A stretch of 60,868 nt of DNA from a virus (IMGVR_UViG_3300035670_000219:1-60868), one strand, 5' to 3'. Positions 26,648 through 35,878 are shown, numbered from the stretch's first letter. Numbers and translations are program-made. Notes: generated by a model not told the origin, from the sequence alone.

Positions 26648-28507
26648 CTAGTGCGTTTCGGACCAGTTGGATCCTACACGAGAGTCGCCTTCAATAACAC
26701 AGCGGAAGCCAAAGAAATTCTGCGCTTGCGGGAACGCCTCCATAGCTTGCAACTGGATTTGTTTTGTGTATTGAGGTTTACAAACTAGTTGCACTTCATC
26801 ATGCACCATCAAAACTTGTTGCCAATCTCTTTCATAAACAAGACCCAAATTCTTTTCAATATTGTTATTGATGTTAATAACAACTTGTTTCATAAGTATT
26901 GCGCCAGCAGATTGCAATAAAACATTTAATCCTTTAAATGCAGAACGACAATAAAGAATACGTCGATCTAGTCCAATCAGATATCCACGTGATTCAATGT
27001 TTGTTTCAATCTGTTCTTTTAATGCTTTAAGTGCAGGCACGCTTTTCATGAATGAATTAATTGCAGTTCTTCCTAATTGACGAAGAACATCTTCATTTTT
27101 TTCATTCGGATCCACAATGGTTCCAGCCTTAAGGTTGCCTGCTCCATATAGAACTGCATAAAGTAAACGCTTTGATATGTCTCTGGTCTCAACACCAAAC
27201 TTTTCTTGGTTATAAACATGGATATCAATCTCTGGATTTGTTACCACACTTGCGTATTCACCTTCATCCCATAGTGCAAGATAACCAGCAAGACAGCGCA
27301 GTTCTAATGCTTTGGCATCAATACCAATCATGTCCCATCCTTGGGGCGCATGAAATAGTGAACGACATTCTTTACCATAAGGTGAATAGCCCGCCGGAAC
27401 TTGAGCCATATTTGGGTATCTGTGAGAACAGCGACCAGTGATGCAACCATTAGTAATAACGTCACCGTGCATGCAACCGCTGTCATTATTAACCAACTTG
27501 ATCCAAGAGTTGTTTCCATTAATAATTTGCCCAAGACGTTTTTTTACAAGCATGTATTCTGCCAAAGGACCAGCCTCTTGATAAGGCAGCTGACTTAATA
27601 CTTCATCATCAAGGACTGGATTTCCTTTTTCAGTTGTTTTTTCAGGTTCCCATCCGTATTTGCTCTTGAGTCGATCAACAATCTGGTCACGAGATCCAGG
27701 ATTGAACTCTTCGTATCGAACCTTTTCAAATGGTACTCCTTTGATGTAACCGCGATTTTTGTTATTTACTTTTGGAGTAAACCAAGTTCGATGTTCAATT
27801 GGTGGAAAGATTTCTTTTAGCTGATGTTCAAGCTGTTTTTCCTTTGCTCGGAGATCATCCACAAGATCAAGAGCTGCATCCACATCAAAAGGAATACCTG
27901 CTCTAATTTGTCGATTAATTGCTGAGGCAAAATCATGCTCAAGTTTAAGCGCTGGTTCAGGATAGTTTTGGTTTTTTGTATGTTCCCAGAGTTTTGTTGT
28001 AACTGCAACGTCCTGGATACAATAGTCCAACATCTCCTGAGAATATTCGGAGAAGTCTTTGAAGTCGATCTTATGATCGGCCAAACGCCATCCCCATGCC
28101 TTAAGTGATGCGGATCCACGCAGCTTCTTTGGAACCTGCGGATATTGTTGGATGTCAAGGTCATAGAGTTTTTCCTTGGGCCAAATCAATCGAGTGCAGA
28201 TAAGTGTGTCAATAATGCGTGCTTTACTGACAAATGAATGCAGCTTTTGCAGAACAGGAATGTCATAAAAAATAATGTTGTGCCCAATCAAAACATCAGC
28301 GGTTGCCAAATGAGCAACAGCATCAGTAATGCAATCAGGCCCGTAACTAAAAGTCTGTTGTCCTGTGATGTCATAGAGAACAATGCAATGAATTTTTGTT
28401 ACTTTGTCATAAAGCCCATCGCTTTCAAGATCAAATACAAAAAACTTTTCATTTGCGGAACTGGGCTTCATCACAAATTTGGAGTTCTTTACAGGCGAGG
28501 TCTTCAT
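26648..28507 (-). CDS. polA: family A DNA polymerase, T7 gp5-like
   Basis: Exonuclease FDLESDGL, GHNIIFYD, YCIQDV; motif A IDAKALELR; motif B RDISKRLLYAVLYG; motif C VHDE; start may be 28471. Confidence 0.95.
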   Translation of the reverse strand: MKTSPVKNSKFVMKPSSANEKFFVFDLESDGLYDKVTKIHCIVLYDITGQQTFSYGPDCITDAVAHLATADVLIGHNIIFYDIPVLQKLHSFVSKARIIDTLICTRLIWPKEKLYDLDIQQYPQVPKKLRGSASLKAWGWRLADHKIDFKDFSEYSQEMLDYCIQDVAVTTKLWEHTKNQNYPEPALKLEHDFASAINRQIRAGIPFDVDAALDLVDDLRAKEKQLEHQLKEIFPPIEHRTWFTPKVNNKNRGYIKGVPFEKVRYEEFNPGSRDQIVDRLKSKYGWEPEKTTEKGNPVLDDEVLSQLPYQEAGPLAEYMLVKKRLGQIINGNNSWIKLVNNDSGCMHGDVITNGCITGRCSHRYPNMAQVPAGYSPYGKECRSLFHAPQGWDMIGIDAKALELRCLAGYLALWDEGEYASVVTNPEIDIHVYNQEKFGVETRDISKRLLYAVLYGAGNLKAGTIVDPNEKNEDVLRQLGRTAINSFMKSVPALKALKEQIETNIESRGYLIGLDRRILYCRSAFKGLNVLLQSAGAILMKQVVININNNIEKNLGLVYERDWQQVLMVHDEVQLVCKPQYTKQIQLQAMEAFPQAQNFFGFRCVIEGDSRVGSNWSETH

Positions 28508-28682
28508 CGTTTTTGTTAATCCATGTCAAGATCTGCTGTGCACCCGCACGATACGGATGAGAAAAGATCTTGCTTAATGCCACTTCAGAGTCTAGTGGAA
28601 TTAACTCAAATTGATTGGTTCTACCATTGGCTGTAATAGCATGTGGTACACCCCATCGTATACAAGCAATAACGTAAGACAT
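28449..28682 (-). CDS. hypothetical protein
   Basis: ORF track. Confidence 0.55.
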   Translation of the reverse strand: MSYVIACIRWGVPHAITANGRTNQFELIPLDSEVALSKIFSHPYRAGAQQILTWINKNDEDLACKELQICDEAQFRK

Positions 28683-28744
28683 GGATCAGATGAAAGTCAG
28701 ATCGATGATATCTGATTTCACCTGATCCGCAAGCGTCTACAGAA

Positions 28745-29170
28745 TTATTTCTTTTTCCTGTGACGTAACGTGTGGCAACCACGACACAAAGGAATAACTT
28801 CTAAAGGTAATAGGTAATTTTCATGATGATAGTCGCAAGCTGTTACACCGCAGTCTTTACAGGAACATTGTGATACAGGTAAGAGAATTCCCTTTTTTAT
28901 AGCGTCACGCACTTGTCTGCGTGCTTTTGTTTTTTCTGCATTATTCTTTCTTTCCTTTGCAGCTGAATTACGCTTACTTTCTTTCCATGTTTCAAGATTG
29001 CGCATCTTATACGAAAGCTGCACTTCTTTGACACGTTCCTTGTTTTTGTCTTCCCATCTTTTGTTTCTTGCATTAGCGCAATCAATGCATGCCCCAGTTT
29101 TTGTACCAGGGCGTGGTGGATAGCGCCGTATGCTACCGCATTTAATGCAAGGTTTTATTTGACTTTCCAT
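28745..29170 (-). CDS. Zn-finger/HNH-like endonuclease
   Basis: CxxC pairs; AR..V..AIK.G.L....C..CG.....HHE.Y..PLEV..LC..CH. Confidence 0.75.
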   Translation of the reverse strand: MESQIKPCIKCGSIRRYPPRPGTKTGACIDCANARNKRWEDKNKERVKEVQLSYKMRNLETWKESKRNSAAKERKNNAEKTKARRQVRDAIKKGILLPVSQCSCKDCGVTACDYHHENYLLPLEVIPLCRGCHTLRHRKKK

Positions 29171-29912
29171 ACCCAATAAAGCCTCCTTCTTTCTTTCGTT
29201 TGCTAAGAGCTTTACTTGCTTCTGATCCTGCTCGTTGTGAGCCATGAACTAAAAGAGCAAAAGGCTTGGTACCAAAACATAACTCATCTGAGTGATCAAT
29301 CTCGAGACCAAGCTCTGCGGCTTGTGTTTCTGTATACACAACGTGAGCAACCCTGGTAAACACGTCGCGGTACTTGTCAATCAAGTAATCGAGTGTCCCA
29401 CCGTGAGATGCAGTGAGATAAAAGTTGGATGGGATCATGTCACGCAGGTTGTACCACATCCCAAGGGACTTGGTGTAAGCATAGAACTTTTGTTCGGGCC
29501 GACCTTGGGCAACCATGATCCAAGCCTTCATGTAGTTCTCTGTCCAGAAGTCACCAGACTCATGGATGCGAACCAGCTTCTTTGGTGGGTGCATCAAGAG
29601 TGACAGGTCGATCAGATCACGCAACAGCACAGCCTGGTTCCCATTCATGTGAATGGTTTCACGCAGCAGATCCCAGTTGTGCCAACGTGCCTCTCGGACG
29701 TTAGGCCGTACTTCTGCCATGGCAGCAAAGCAACGGAAGTCACGTTCTGCTGTCACACCTGTGTACTGAGGCAGATCGGTGATAGCACCAGTGGTACGCT
29801 CAGCAAAGGTCTTGCAAACCCCAGCGTGTGGACAGGCATACCCTGCTGGCAGGCTAAAGATCAAACGATTCTTGAGCTTACCGTTGCCGGTAGAAAACTT
29901 GAGGAGTTTCAT
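29142..29912 (-). CDS. gene product 88 (gp88)-like protein
   Basis: GN.KL...FSLPAG..CP.AG.C...CFA; RIHESGDF; FYAYTK. Confidence 0.75.
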   Translation of the reverse strand: MKLLKFSTGNGKLKNRLIFSLPAGYACPHAGVCKTFAERTTGAITDLPQYTGVTAERDFRCFAAMAEVRPNVREARWHNWDLLRETIHMNGNQAVLLRDLIDLSLLMHPPKKLVRIHESGDFWTENYMKAWIMVAQGRPEQKFYAYTKSLGMWYNLRDMIPSNFYLTASHGGTLDYLIDKYRDVFTRVAHVVYTETQAAELGLEIDHSDELCFGTKPFALLVHGSQRAGSEASKALSKRKKEGGFIGYGKSNKTLH

Positions 29913-29947
29913 GGTGTTGAATTGAACTGAATGATAAGTAAAACTAA

Positions 29948-29975
29948 TGAGTAGTTTAAGGACTTGCTCAGGTCC
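29948..29975 (-). promoter_or_regulatory. class A pseudoknot element, copy 4
   Basis: GGAC-C-TGAGCA-A-GTCC-TTAAAC-TACTCA; stem 1 shows compensatory changes. Confidence 0.65.
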
Positions 29976-29989
29976 GCTAGAGAAGGTGA

Positions 29990-30202
29990 CTACTGGGTTT
30001 CAAGTTCAATAGCAATGGCCAAAAGTTCGGCGCGTATTGCTGCTGCGTTTACATCACAGCAAGAATCATACGGAAGACGTGGTGCTGGAACCACCTGATC
30101 CGCAGCAGCTCGCAGGGCGGCAGCGATGTCGTCATTCCTGTACCAAGGTTTGCGGCCAGTAGCATTAAGCACCTCCTGCGCGACGGGTGAAAGTTCAGTC
30201 AT
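29990..30202 (-). CDS. small protein, AAALRAAADQVVP family
   Basis: LSP.AQ.VL...AAALRAAADQVVP...R.ELLAIA.ELE. Confidence 0.65.
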   Translation of the reverse strand: MTELSPVAQEVLNATGRKPWYRNDDIAAALRAAADQVVPAPRLPYDSCCDVNAAAIRAELLAIAIELETQ

Positions 30203-30501
30203 TGGTTTTCCAGTTCGGTGGCGATGGCAAGAAGTTGTTCGCGGACGGGATCACGCTTTTCGTACTGAAGCATTTTTCCGTCGGTCCACACGTCCTCATA
30301 GCCGAGAGGCACCACCTCATCCGCAGCAGCTCGCAGGGCGGCGGCAACAGCGGAACGGTTGACGCAATCGAAACAACCATTCCAGCCGTTGTCAGATGGA
30401 TGGCACGGAGGATCGTTCACAGAGGCCCATTCAGAGACGCATCGCGCTCCGGCATCGGCACGCAGCACCGCCTGCGCGGCGGGGGAGAGAGGTTTAGCCA
30501 T
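30199..30501 (-). CDS. small protein, AAALRAAADQVVP family
   Basis: Start trimmed to MAKPLSPAAQAVL. Confidence 0.65.
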   Translation of the reverse strand: MAKPLSPAAQAVLRADAGARCVSEWASVNDPPCHPSDNGWNGCFDCVNRSAVAAALRAAADEVVPLGYEDVWTDGKMLQYEKRDPVREQLLAIATELENQ

Positions 30502-30814
30502 CGAAATTGTCGGGTCGATAAGGAGCAGTGAGTTGGCCGTGTTCGTCAACAAAGCCCGCCTCCTGCAGGAACTGTCTCGCAGCAGCACGATCCCCAGCCA
30601 AGGCGCGATCAAGCAGGGTTGGAGCCGTGAGTTCAGTGGCAAGCTCTTCAAGGGTGTCAGTCGTGACTCCGTGCCAGTACTCGTCACCGTCGCTGTAGTT
30701 ATCCCAGGTGACGGCAAGGTGCAGCAGCACATTGGCAATGCCCTCGCGAACGCTTTCGCCGTACTCAAACTCTTCGATTAGACACTGGGCGCGGGAGGTG
30801 AGGTGGTCAGTCAT
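30494..30814 (-). CDS. hypothetical protein
   Basis: ORF track; overlaps both neighbours by 8 nt. Confidence 0.55.
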   Translation of the reverse strand: MTDHLTSRAQCLIEEFEYGESVREGIANVLLHLAVTWDNYSDGDEYWHGVTTDTLEELATELTAPTLLDRALAGDRAAARQFLQEAGFVDEHGQLTAPYRPDNFDG

Positions 30815-31166
30815 CGGGCAGGGCCTCCAGTGCGCGGCGAATGGTGTCTATGCCCTTGTCGCTAAGGAAAGGCTGGTTTGCCGGATCGTGATTGAGCAAC
30901 GCCAGCGCCTGCTCCTTCAAGCTCGGCGGCTTGGGGCGGCGGGCGGCGCGGAGATCTTCCACAGCCTCGTGTTCGTATTTGAACCACCCTTCGCTGACCA
31001 GCCACTCACAGCACGCCTCTAGCTCCTGGTCTGCGCCCCATTGGGTGGCAGCTATAAGGACGCGCTGATCAAATGGGCTAATCACAGAAACTGGGCCGCC
31101 GTACAGCTCTTCCAGCCACTGCTGCACCAGCTCCGGTGGTGGGGTGATGGGGTGTTCTTGTGTCAT
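30807..31166 (-). CDS. small protein, WGADQELEACC family
   Basis: MTQEHPITPPPELV.QW...WGADQELEACCEW...RRPK..SLKEQA. Confidence 0.65.
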   Translation of the reverse strand: MTQEHPITPPPELVQQWLEELYGGPVSVISPFDQRVLIAATQWGADQELEACCEWLVSEGWFKYEHEAVEDLRAARRPKPPSLKEQALALLNHDPANQPFLSDKGIDTIRRALEALPDD

Positions 31167-31185
31167 GGGTTATTAGTGGTAATGG

Positions 31186-31401
31186 CTACGAAAGCGGGTA
31201 AAGCTGATTGATCGCATCACGAATGAGAAGAGCATCTGCCTTGCTAAGGCTTAGCTTTATTTCACCCACTTGATCGTTGTCGTCGTGATACTTGATGGTG
31301 AGGCCAGAGCCGGGCTCCACGTCGCACTCAGCAAAGCAGTCTTCAACTGTCCACCACCACTCGGGTTCAGATTGACAGCGTTTAATGGTTGTTACTGGCA
31401 T
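31186..31401 (-). CDS. hypothetical protein
   Basis: ORF track. Confidence 0.5.
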   Translation of the reverse strand: MPVTTIKRCQSEPEWWWTVEDCFAECDVEPGSGLTIKYHDDNDQVGEIKLSLSKADALLIRDAINQLYPLS

Positions 31402-31407
31402 GGTTGA

Positions 31408-31665
31408 TTAGAGAAGTGACGACTGGGCTTCAAGTTCAGCGGCAATGGCGAGGAATCTGCACCGGATGCGAACCCACTGGTCACGACGAGCGTCATCATG
31501 CTCATCTCCAACAGTATTTACGACTTCCGGTACCACCTGATCCGCAGCAGCTTGCAGGGCAGCGGCAAGACGTGCGTGTAGCACGGGTGTGGCACATCCG
31601 TATCCACCACCCGCTTCAACCGCTGCGTTAACTATATCCTGTGCGTCGGGGGAGAGGTCAGTCAT
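31408..31665 (-). CDS. small protein, AAALRAAADQVVP family
   Basis: Start trimmed to MTDLSPDAQ. Confidence 0.65.
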   Translation of the reverse strand: MTDLSPDAQDIVNAAVEAGGGYGCATPVLHARLAAALQAAADQVVPEVVNTVGDEHDDARRDQWVRIRCRFLAIAAELEAQSSLL

Positions 31666-32005
31666 CAGGCAGCTCCTCCAGTGCGCGGCGGATTTTGTCG
31701 CATACGAGATCGCCACCGTGAAACATACGAAATACCGCTGCGATTCCATCCAGCTCATCCATCGCCTGCTCCTTCAAGCTCGGCGATTTGGGCCGGCGGT
31801 GGGAGCGGAGTTGATCAGCGTCCCAAGGTGTCCACTTGGGGATCCACTCACAGCACGCTTCTAGCTCTTGGTCTGCGCCCCATTCGGCACCTAGCCGTAC
31901 TAGTTCATACGCAGCGATTTCTGGTTTATCCGGGCAGCCAAAAAGCTGTTCACACCATTGCTCTACTAGCTCCGGCGGTGGGGTGATGGGATGTTCTTGT
32001 GTCAT
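31658..32005 (-). CDS. small protein, WGADQELEACC family
   Basis: Paralog of 30807-31166 with shared upstream DNA. Confidence 0.65.
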   Translation of the reverse strand: MTQEHPITPPPELVEQWCEQLFGCPDKPEIAAYELVRLGAEWGADQELEACCEWIPKWTPWDADQLRSHRRPKSPSLKEQAMDELDGIAAVFRMFHGGDLVCDKIRRALEELPDD

Positions 32006-32028
32006 GGGTGATTAGTGGTAATGACTAG

Positions 32029-32379
32029 TCAGTTTACTTGAGCAGAGCCCTTGAACTTCTCCTTAGATAAACGCAAAACAATTTGGTCACCAGAGTCTGG
32101 GATTTCAGTTGGTCCTTGGTGAACCAACATCTCCCATATGTTTTGATTGATCTTCATCACTGAATTACAGTGACGAATCATCAAGAGTTCTTTGTCTTGC
32201 CCTGGTTTGTATGACAAAACTTTCTTGTAAACATCAATGGGTTCATCTTCATTGTCTTTGGCGTAGACAGCTATCCAATACGCTGCCGACTTTGTTGGTT
32301 GTTCAGTTAAAGCAAAACCTTTCATTAAACTTTTGAGTTGTGTTACATAACGAACGACATCATATACAACAATCGTCAT
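32029..32379 (-). CDS. hypothetical protein
   Basis: ORF track. Confidence 0.55.
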   Translation of the reverse strand: MTIVVYDVVRYVTQLKSLMKGFALTEQPTKSAAYWIAVYAKDNEDEPIDVYKKVLSYKPGQDKELLMIRHCNSVMKINQNIWEMLVHQGPTEIPDSGDQIVLRLSKEKFKGSAQVN

Positions 32380-32409
32380 ATACTTTCCGTATCAATAGAT
32401 ACAGAACTT

Positions 32410-32562
32410 ATGACTCTAACGTATCGTGGTTGCAAATACAACCAAGAGGAACAAGCGCAGAAAGATAAAGCATGGTGGAACTTAGTCCACCGTCCCTGGC
32501 TGTGCCTGACGTACCGTAACATCTGCTACTTTCCATTTGTTACTGGAGGTCAAATCAAATGA
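32410..32562 (+). CDS. DUF4278-like protein
   Basis: LTYRG..Y ... LTYR...Y repeated motif typical of cyanobacterial DUF4278. Confidence 0.65.
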   Translation: MTLTYRGCKYNQEEQAQKDKAWWNLVHRPWLCLTYRNICYFPFVTGGQIK

Positions 32563-32675
32563 ACAAAGCACTGATCGTTTACCTGGTGGACAAACGAAAG
32601 AAGATGGCACGCAAGGATGTGGAATCCAAGCATGCCACCACTGAATTAAAAAAACAAAGCGCCGCGACCTTCTGA
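32559..32675 (+). CDS. small basic protein (38 aa)
   Basis: GGAGG ribosome-binding site; ATGA overlap with the DUF4278-like gene. Confidence 0.5.
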   Translation: MNKALIVYLVDKRKKMARKDVESKHATTELKKQSAATF

Positions 32676-33377
32676 TCGCCACTTGTCTAGTTCATCAGTC
32701 TTCTGCAAAGGCTGCTTCTCCAATGATGGGGAATTCTTTGCAGAAGATTCCTTTAATTGTTCCTGCAATTTCTCGGTGTTCGAGTTGGGTTCCTGAGTCA
32801 TGTTCTCAATAATTAAATGACATTGCGAAATAAACTGTTCAATTGTCAATGTATGTTTCATGTAGTTGCATACACTACAACATGAAACGCAATTGGATTT
32901 TGTGTAGCCAGCTTCTGAATCTTTACGGTCTATCCCATGATGAGGAAAAGGTACACCAGTTCGTTTTGCTTGTTTACTTGTAGGCATAGCAGGCATAGCT
33001 CCACAATAAAAACAAGATTGTTCTATTAAAAATAAATGCTCTTCTTTTGTAAGATCAAAAGACAGGCGTCTTTGTTTAGCATTAGATTTTGTAGTACAAA
33101 ACAATAAATTATGATAAGACTCTTTTGTCTTTTGCTTTTTGCCTTTAATGCGTGCAACTTCTTTGGTAAGACAGCCGCAGCTTTTACTGGTTTCTCTGTG
33201 TAAATAATCGCCTCTTACTATACGTTCTGTACCACAATCGCATCTACATAAAAAACTACGCACAGGTCTACCTTTGCCATTGGCATGTTTATTTCCATAC
33301 CGTTTTATGACAGGTGTAGGATCCATAACAGTCCAGCGATTAAAACGCTGATACAGATTTACTTGTATTGGTTTCAT
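32646..33377 (-). CDS. HNH-like homing endonuclease
   Basis: CRCDCG...SKSCGC; CFYCG...GIDR.DS..GY...N.V.CC..CN.MK; ATG overlaps the thyX stop. Confidence 0.85.
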   Translation of the reverse strand: MKPIQVNLYQRFNRWTVMDPTPVIKRYGNKHANGKGRPVRSFLCRCDCGTERIVRGDYLHRETSKSCGCLTKEVARIKGKKQKTKESYHNLLFCTTKSNAKQRRLSFDLTKEEHLFLIEQSCFYCGAMPAMPTSKQAKRTGVPFPHHGIDRKDSEAGYTKSNCVSCCSVCNYMKHTLTIEQFISQCHLIIENMTQEPNSNTEKLQEQLKESSAKNSPSLEKQPLQKTDELDKWRSEGRGALFF

Positions 33378-34009
33378 CCCCAAATAGCCTCTCCAATAAT
33401 CGGAAACTCTGCACAAAAAATCTTTTTAATAGCAAGAGCAATTTCACGATGCTCTAATTGAGTTCCATTTGATTCACGAAGTTGTAGGTAATGGATCCAC
33501 GACCGGATTGTACCGTTCATGAAAAGACGAGTCTGTGTCGAAAGTGGCAGGATGGACCTGGCACATTCCTTTGCAACGCCGTTGCTAACCATCTCGCGGT
33601 AGAGATGTTCAGCGTCTTCATACAGCTTGCTAATGCGGCGATAATAACCACTGATTGCATCAGCAGACAAATCATCAATACTGTTCTGACGGTTCTTGTG
33701 ATCTTGACGGCGCAGATGAGGAATAACAGCTGAGCCAAGCTCACTGGTGTCTGCATAACGCTGACTAAATTCCTGGAAACTAAATGATCGATGGCGCAGG
33801 ATCTGTGGTGAGATTGCACGCGTGGTTTCAATCTCAACGCACAGGTTACTCATCTCGAACGGCGAGAAATGTTTGTGTTTAATCAAATACTTTAAAAGCC
33901 TTGGCGCAGTTTCAGTGTTTTTAGCATTTTTGGGATTTGACACTCGTGCCATTTCTACTATTAGGTTTTCTGCGTTTGGGGTGACCCACACCAATCTGAC
34001 CTGAGACAT
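33374..34009 (-). CDS. thyX: flavin-dependent thymidylate synthase
   Basis: ARVSNP, H.SPFE, QILRHRSFSFQEFSQRY, KECAR..LP, TQ.EHR. Confidence 0.95.
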   Translation of the reverse strand: MSQVRLVWVTPNAENLIVEMARVSNPKNAKNTETAPRLLKYLIKHKHFSPFEMSNLCVEIETTRAISPQILRHRSFSFQEFSQRYADTSELGSAVIPHLRRQDHKNRQNSIDDLSADAISGYYRRISKLYEDAEHLYREMVSNGVAKECARSILPLSTQTRLFMNGTIRSWIHYLQLRESNGTQLEHREIALAIKKIFCAEFPIIGEAIWG

Positions 34010-34442
34010 AGTCGGCTGCTTGTTGTAGAAGAAAGTAGTTGTCGTTAAACTTACCAATTGCTTGGTTGCATCTTAGGCAAAGAAGCCCACGTATTATACC
34101 GGTTAGATGGCAGTGATCAATGGCCAACCTCTTTCCAGATGTGCACTGCACTGTACCACAAATAGCGCATTGATTATTTTGCGCTTGCAACATTGTTTCA
34201 TAGTCTTCAATCGTTAAACCAAATGTTTTAAGATTAGCTTTTCTTTTGTGTATGTTGTTATATTTAACGCGCCGTTTTCTAGAGTAATTGCGATATTGCT
34301 CTGGTTTATTTGCATAAACTTGTCTTTGTTTTTCAGCACAACATTGTTTGCATTGTGATCTAGGTTTCTTATTTGTTTTAGATACACAGGGAAAAAGGTT
34401 GATTGATTTTGATTGTTTGCATCGAGTACAAATTTTATTCAT
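33921..34442 (-). CDS. endonuclease VII-like homing endonuclease
   Basis: Q.N.CAIC......LAIDHCH.TG.IRGLLC..CN..IG...D. Confidence 0.88.
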   Translation of the reverse strand: MNKICTRCKQSKSINLFPCVSKTNKKPRSQCKQCCAEKQRQVYANKPEQYRNYSRKRRVKYNNIHKRKANLKTFGLTIEDYETMLQAQNNQCAICGTVQCTSGKRLAIDHCHLTGIIRGLLCLRCNQAIGKFNDNYFLLQQAADYVSGQIGVGHPKRRKPNSRNGTSVKSQKC

Positions 34443-34645
34443 GAGCAGCGCAGGAAATATTGGTAGCGCTGAGATGGGTCACTGTACTGAACAATATCGC
34501 AACCCTTGTAGCTGTCAACAACTTTGAATTTCTCCTTAGTTGTTTCTGGCGTATCAAAGATCATTGCAATAAAAAGTACAATAAATATTCCAAAAATTAA
34601 ACCCCATGCAATAGCTTGAAGAATCATACTAGTTCTATGATCCAT
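34439..34645 (-). CDS. small membrane protein
   Basis: N-terminal transmembrane segment; FKVVD.YKGCDIV.Y. Confidence 0.6.
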   Translation of the reverse strand: MDHRTSMILQAIAWGLIFGIFIVLFIAMIFDTPETTKEKFKVVDSYKGCDIVQYSDPSQRYQYFLRCS

Positions 34646-34947
34646 TACTCCACCTCAAATCCATAGCCTTCAGATTGTAAACGCTGAAGCTGATCGGCAG
34701 GACAGATGCGCATCTGGGCATGTTCAGTGGGTGACTTAAGGTGATCCCACTTCACAAGCAAGAATTTCTGCTTGGCACCAGTCTTGTTTGGTTTCAGGTT
34801 GATACCGACCACTGTGCCATAACGCTGTGAACGATACTGCTCAATCCGCTCACGAACTTCTTGCCGTACAGCAAAGATTCCATGAGCTTTAGGGCGCTCT
34901 GCTACGCGATCACCAATGGCGTAGGTGTACTGACGTTTAGTTGTCAT
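34645..34947 (-). CDS. hypothetical protein (SH3-like)
   Basis: IGDRV...YGTVV...LVKWD pattern. Confidence 0.55.
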   Translation of the reverse strand: MTTKRQYTYAIGDRVAERPKAHGIFAVRQEVRERIEQYRSQRYGTVVGINLKPNKTGAKQKFLLVKWDHLKSPTEHAQMRICPADQLQRLQSEGYGFEVE

Positions 34948-34949
34948 TG

Positions 34950-35162
34950 TTAAGAAAAATGAACACGCAAAAAACCAGGCAAACGTTTCATCTTGTCTTT
35001 GCCTCTGGAATGTTGTGCAGCATTAGGTGGCAATTCAACTTCTAGTGTGAATGTTCTGTAGCCGCAATCAACGCATTTACGCTGACGCAAAATAGATTCG
35101 GCAGTGTCACGGTGTGTGCGATCAACATCAAAACGAGTTGAATCACATTGTGCACATCTCAT
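34950..35162 (-). CDS. NrdR-type zinc-ribbon protein
   Basis: CxxC...V..T...I.R.R.CxxCG.R..T.E. Confidence 0.65.
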   Translation of the reverse strand: MRCAQCDSTRFDVDRTHRDTAESILRQRKCVDCGYRTFTLEVELPPNAAQHSRGKDKMKRLPGFLRVHFS

Positions 35163-35466
35163 TGTCTAAAAATGTTTCAAGTTGTACTGAATTCAAAAAC
35201 TCAAGGGCATCAACTGAGCCCATGATTTTAAACAAATCAACAATTAATTCTTTTTGCATAAAAGGAATTTTATAATAATCAAGCAGAATTTTTTCTGCTC
35301 GATCAAAGTCATCATAGGTACCAGTCAAACGCTGAAGCACTGAACCAGGCATATTGTCAACTAAAGTTGTAACAATCACTTGTCTCAGATGAGTCCAGGC
35401 TTGATCTGGAACTAGTGCAATGACTTGGTCAACAAGGTCAAGATCAATAGAATTGGTTTGTGTCAT
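35143..35466 (-). CDS. hypothetical protein
   Basis: Start trimmed to MTQTNS, downstream of the terminator. Confidence 0.55.
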   Translation of the reverse strand: MTQTNSIDLDLVDQVIALVPDQAWTHLRQVIVTTLVDNMPGSVLQRLTGTYDDFDRAEKILLDYYKIPFMQKELIVDLFKIMGSVDALEFLNSVQLETFLDNEMCTM

Positions 35467-35493
35467 AAGAAAGAACCCCTGCTTGCGCAGGGG
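35467..35493 (-). terminator. intrinsic terminator
   Basis: CCCCTGC-GCAA-GCAGGGG-TTCTTTCTT on the minus strand. Confidence 0.7.
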
Positions 35494-35515
35494 CCAACAA
35501 TCCACCCGTGGAACT

Positions 35516-35878
35516 CTAGGCTGCTTCTGCCTGTGTGTCCACTATTGGGTTGATAATGCCAGACTCTTCTAGCTTGTTAAGCATGCTGAGCATGATTGAG
35601 GCATGAGCCTGGGTCTGATCCATGAAGTGCTTGGCACGTTCAGGGCTGATCGTATGGACATGACCATTGGGCTCTACATAACGCCAGCTTCCATCAGGCT
35701 GCGGATCCCCCTGGAGCGCAAGGCGTTCAGAGTTATGGACATACCGGAGCTCAAGATTATGGTAGTCCTGGAGCCCATCATGTGCAGTCCAAGTAGCACC
35801 AATGTTGTAACGCTTGTCCTCATCTGAGTAAGCATGGAACTCAGGGATGAGATGTTTGAAAGCAGCAAAGATTTGCAT
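35516..35878 (-). CDS. hypothetical protein
   Basis: ORF track. Confidence 0.6.
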   Translation of the reverse strand: MQIFAAFKHLIPEFHAYSDEDKRYNIGATWTAHDGLQDYHNLELRYVHNSERLALQGDPQPDGSWRYVEPNGHVHTISPERAKHFMDQTQAHASIMLSMLNKLEESGIINPIVDTQAEAA

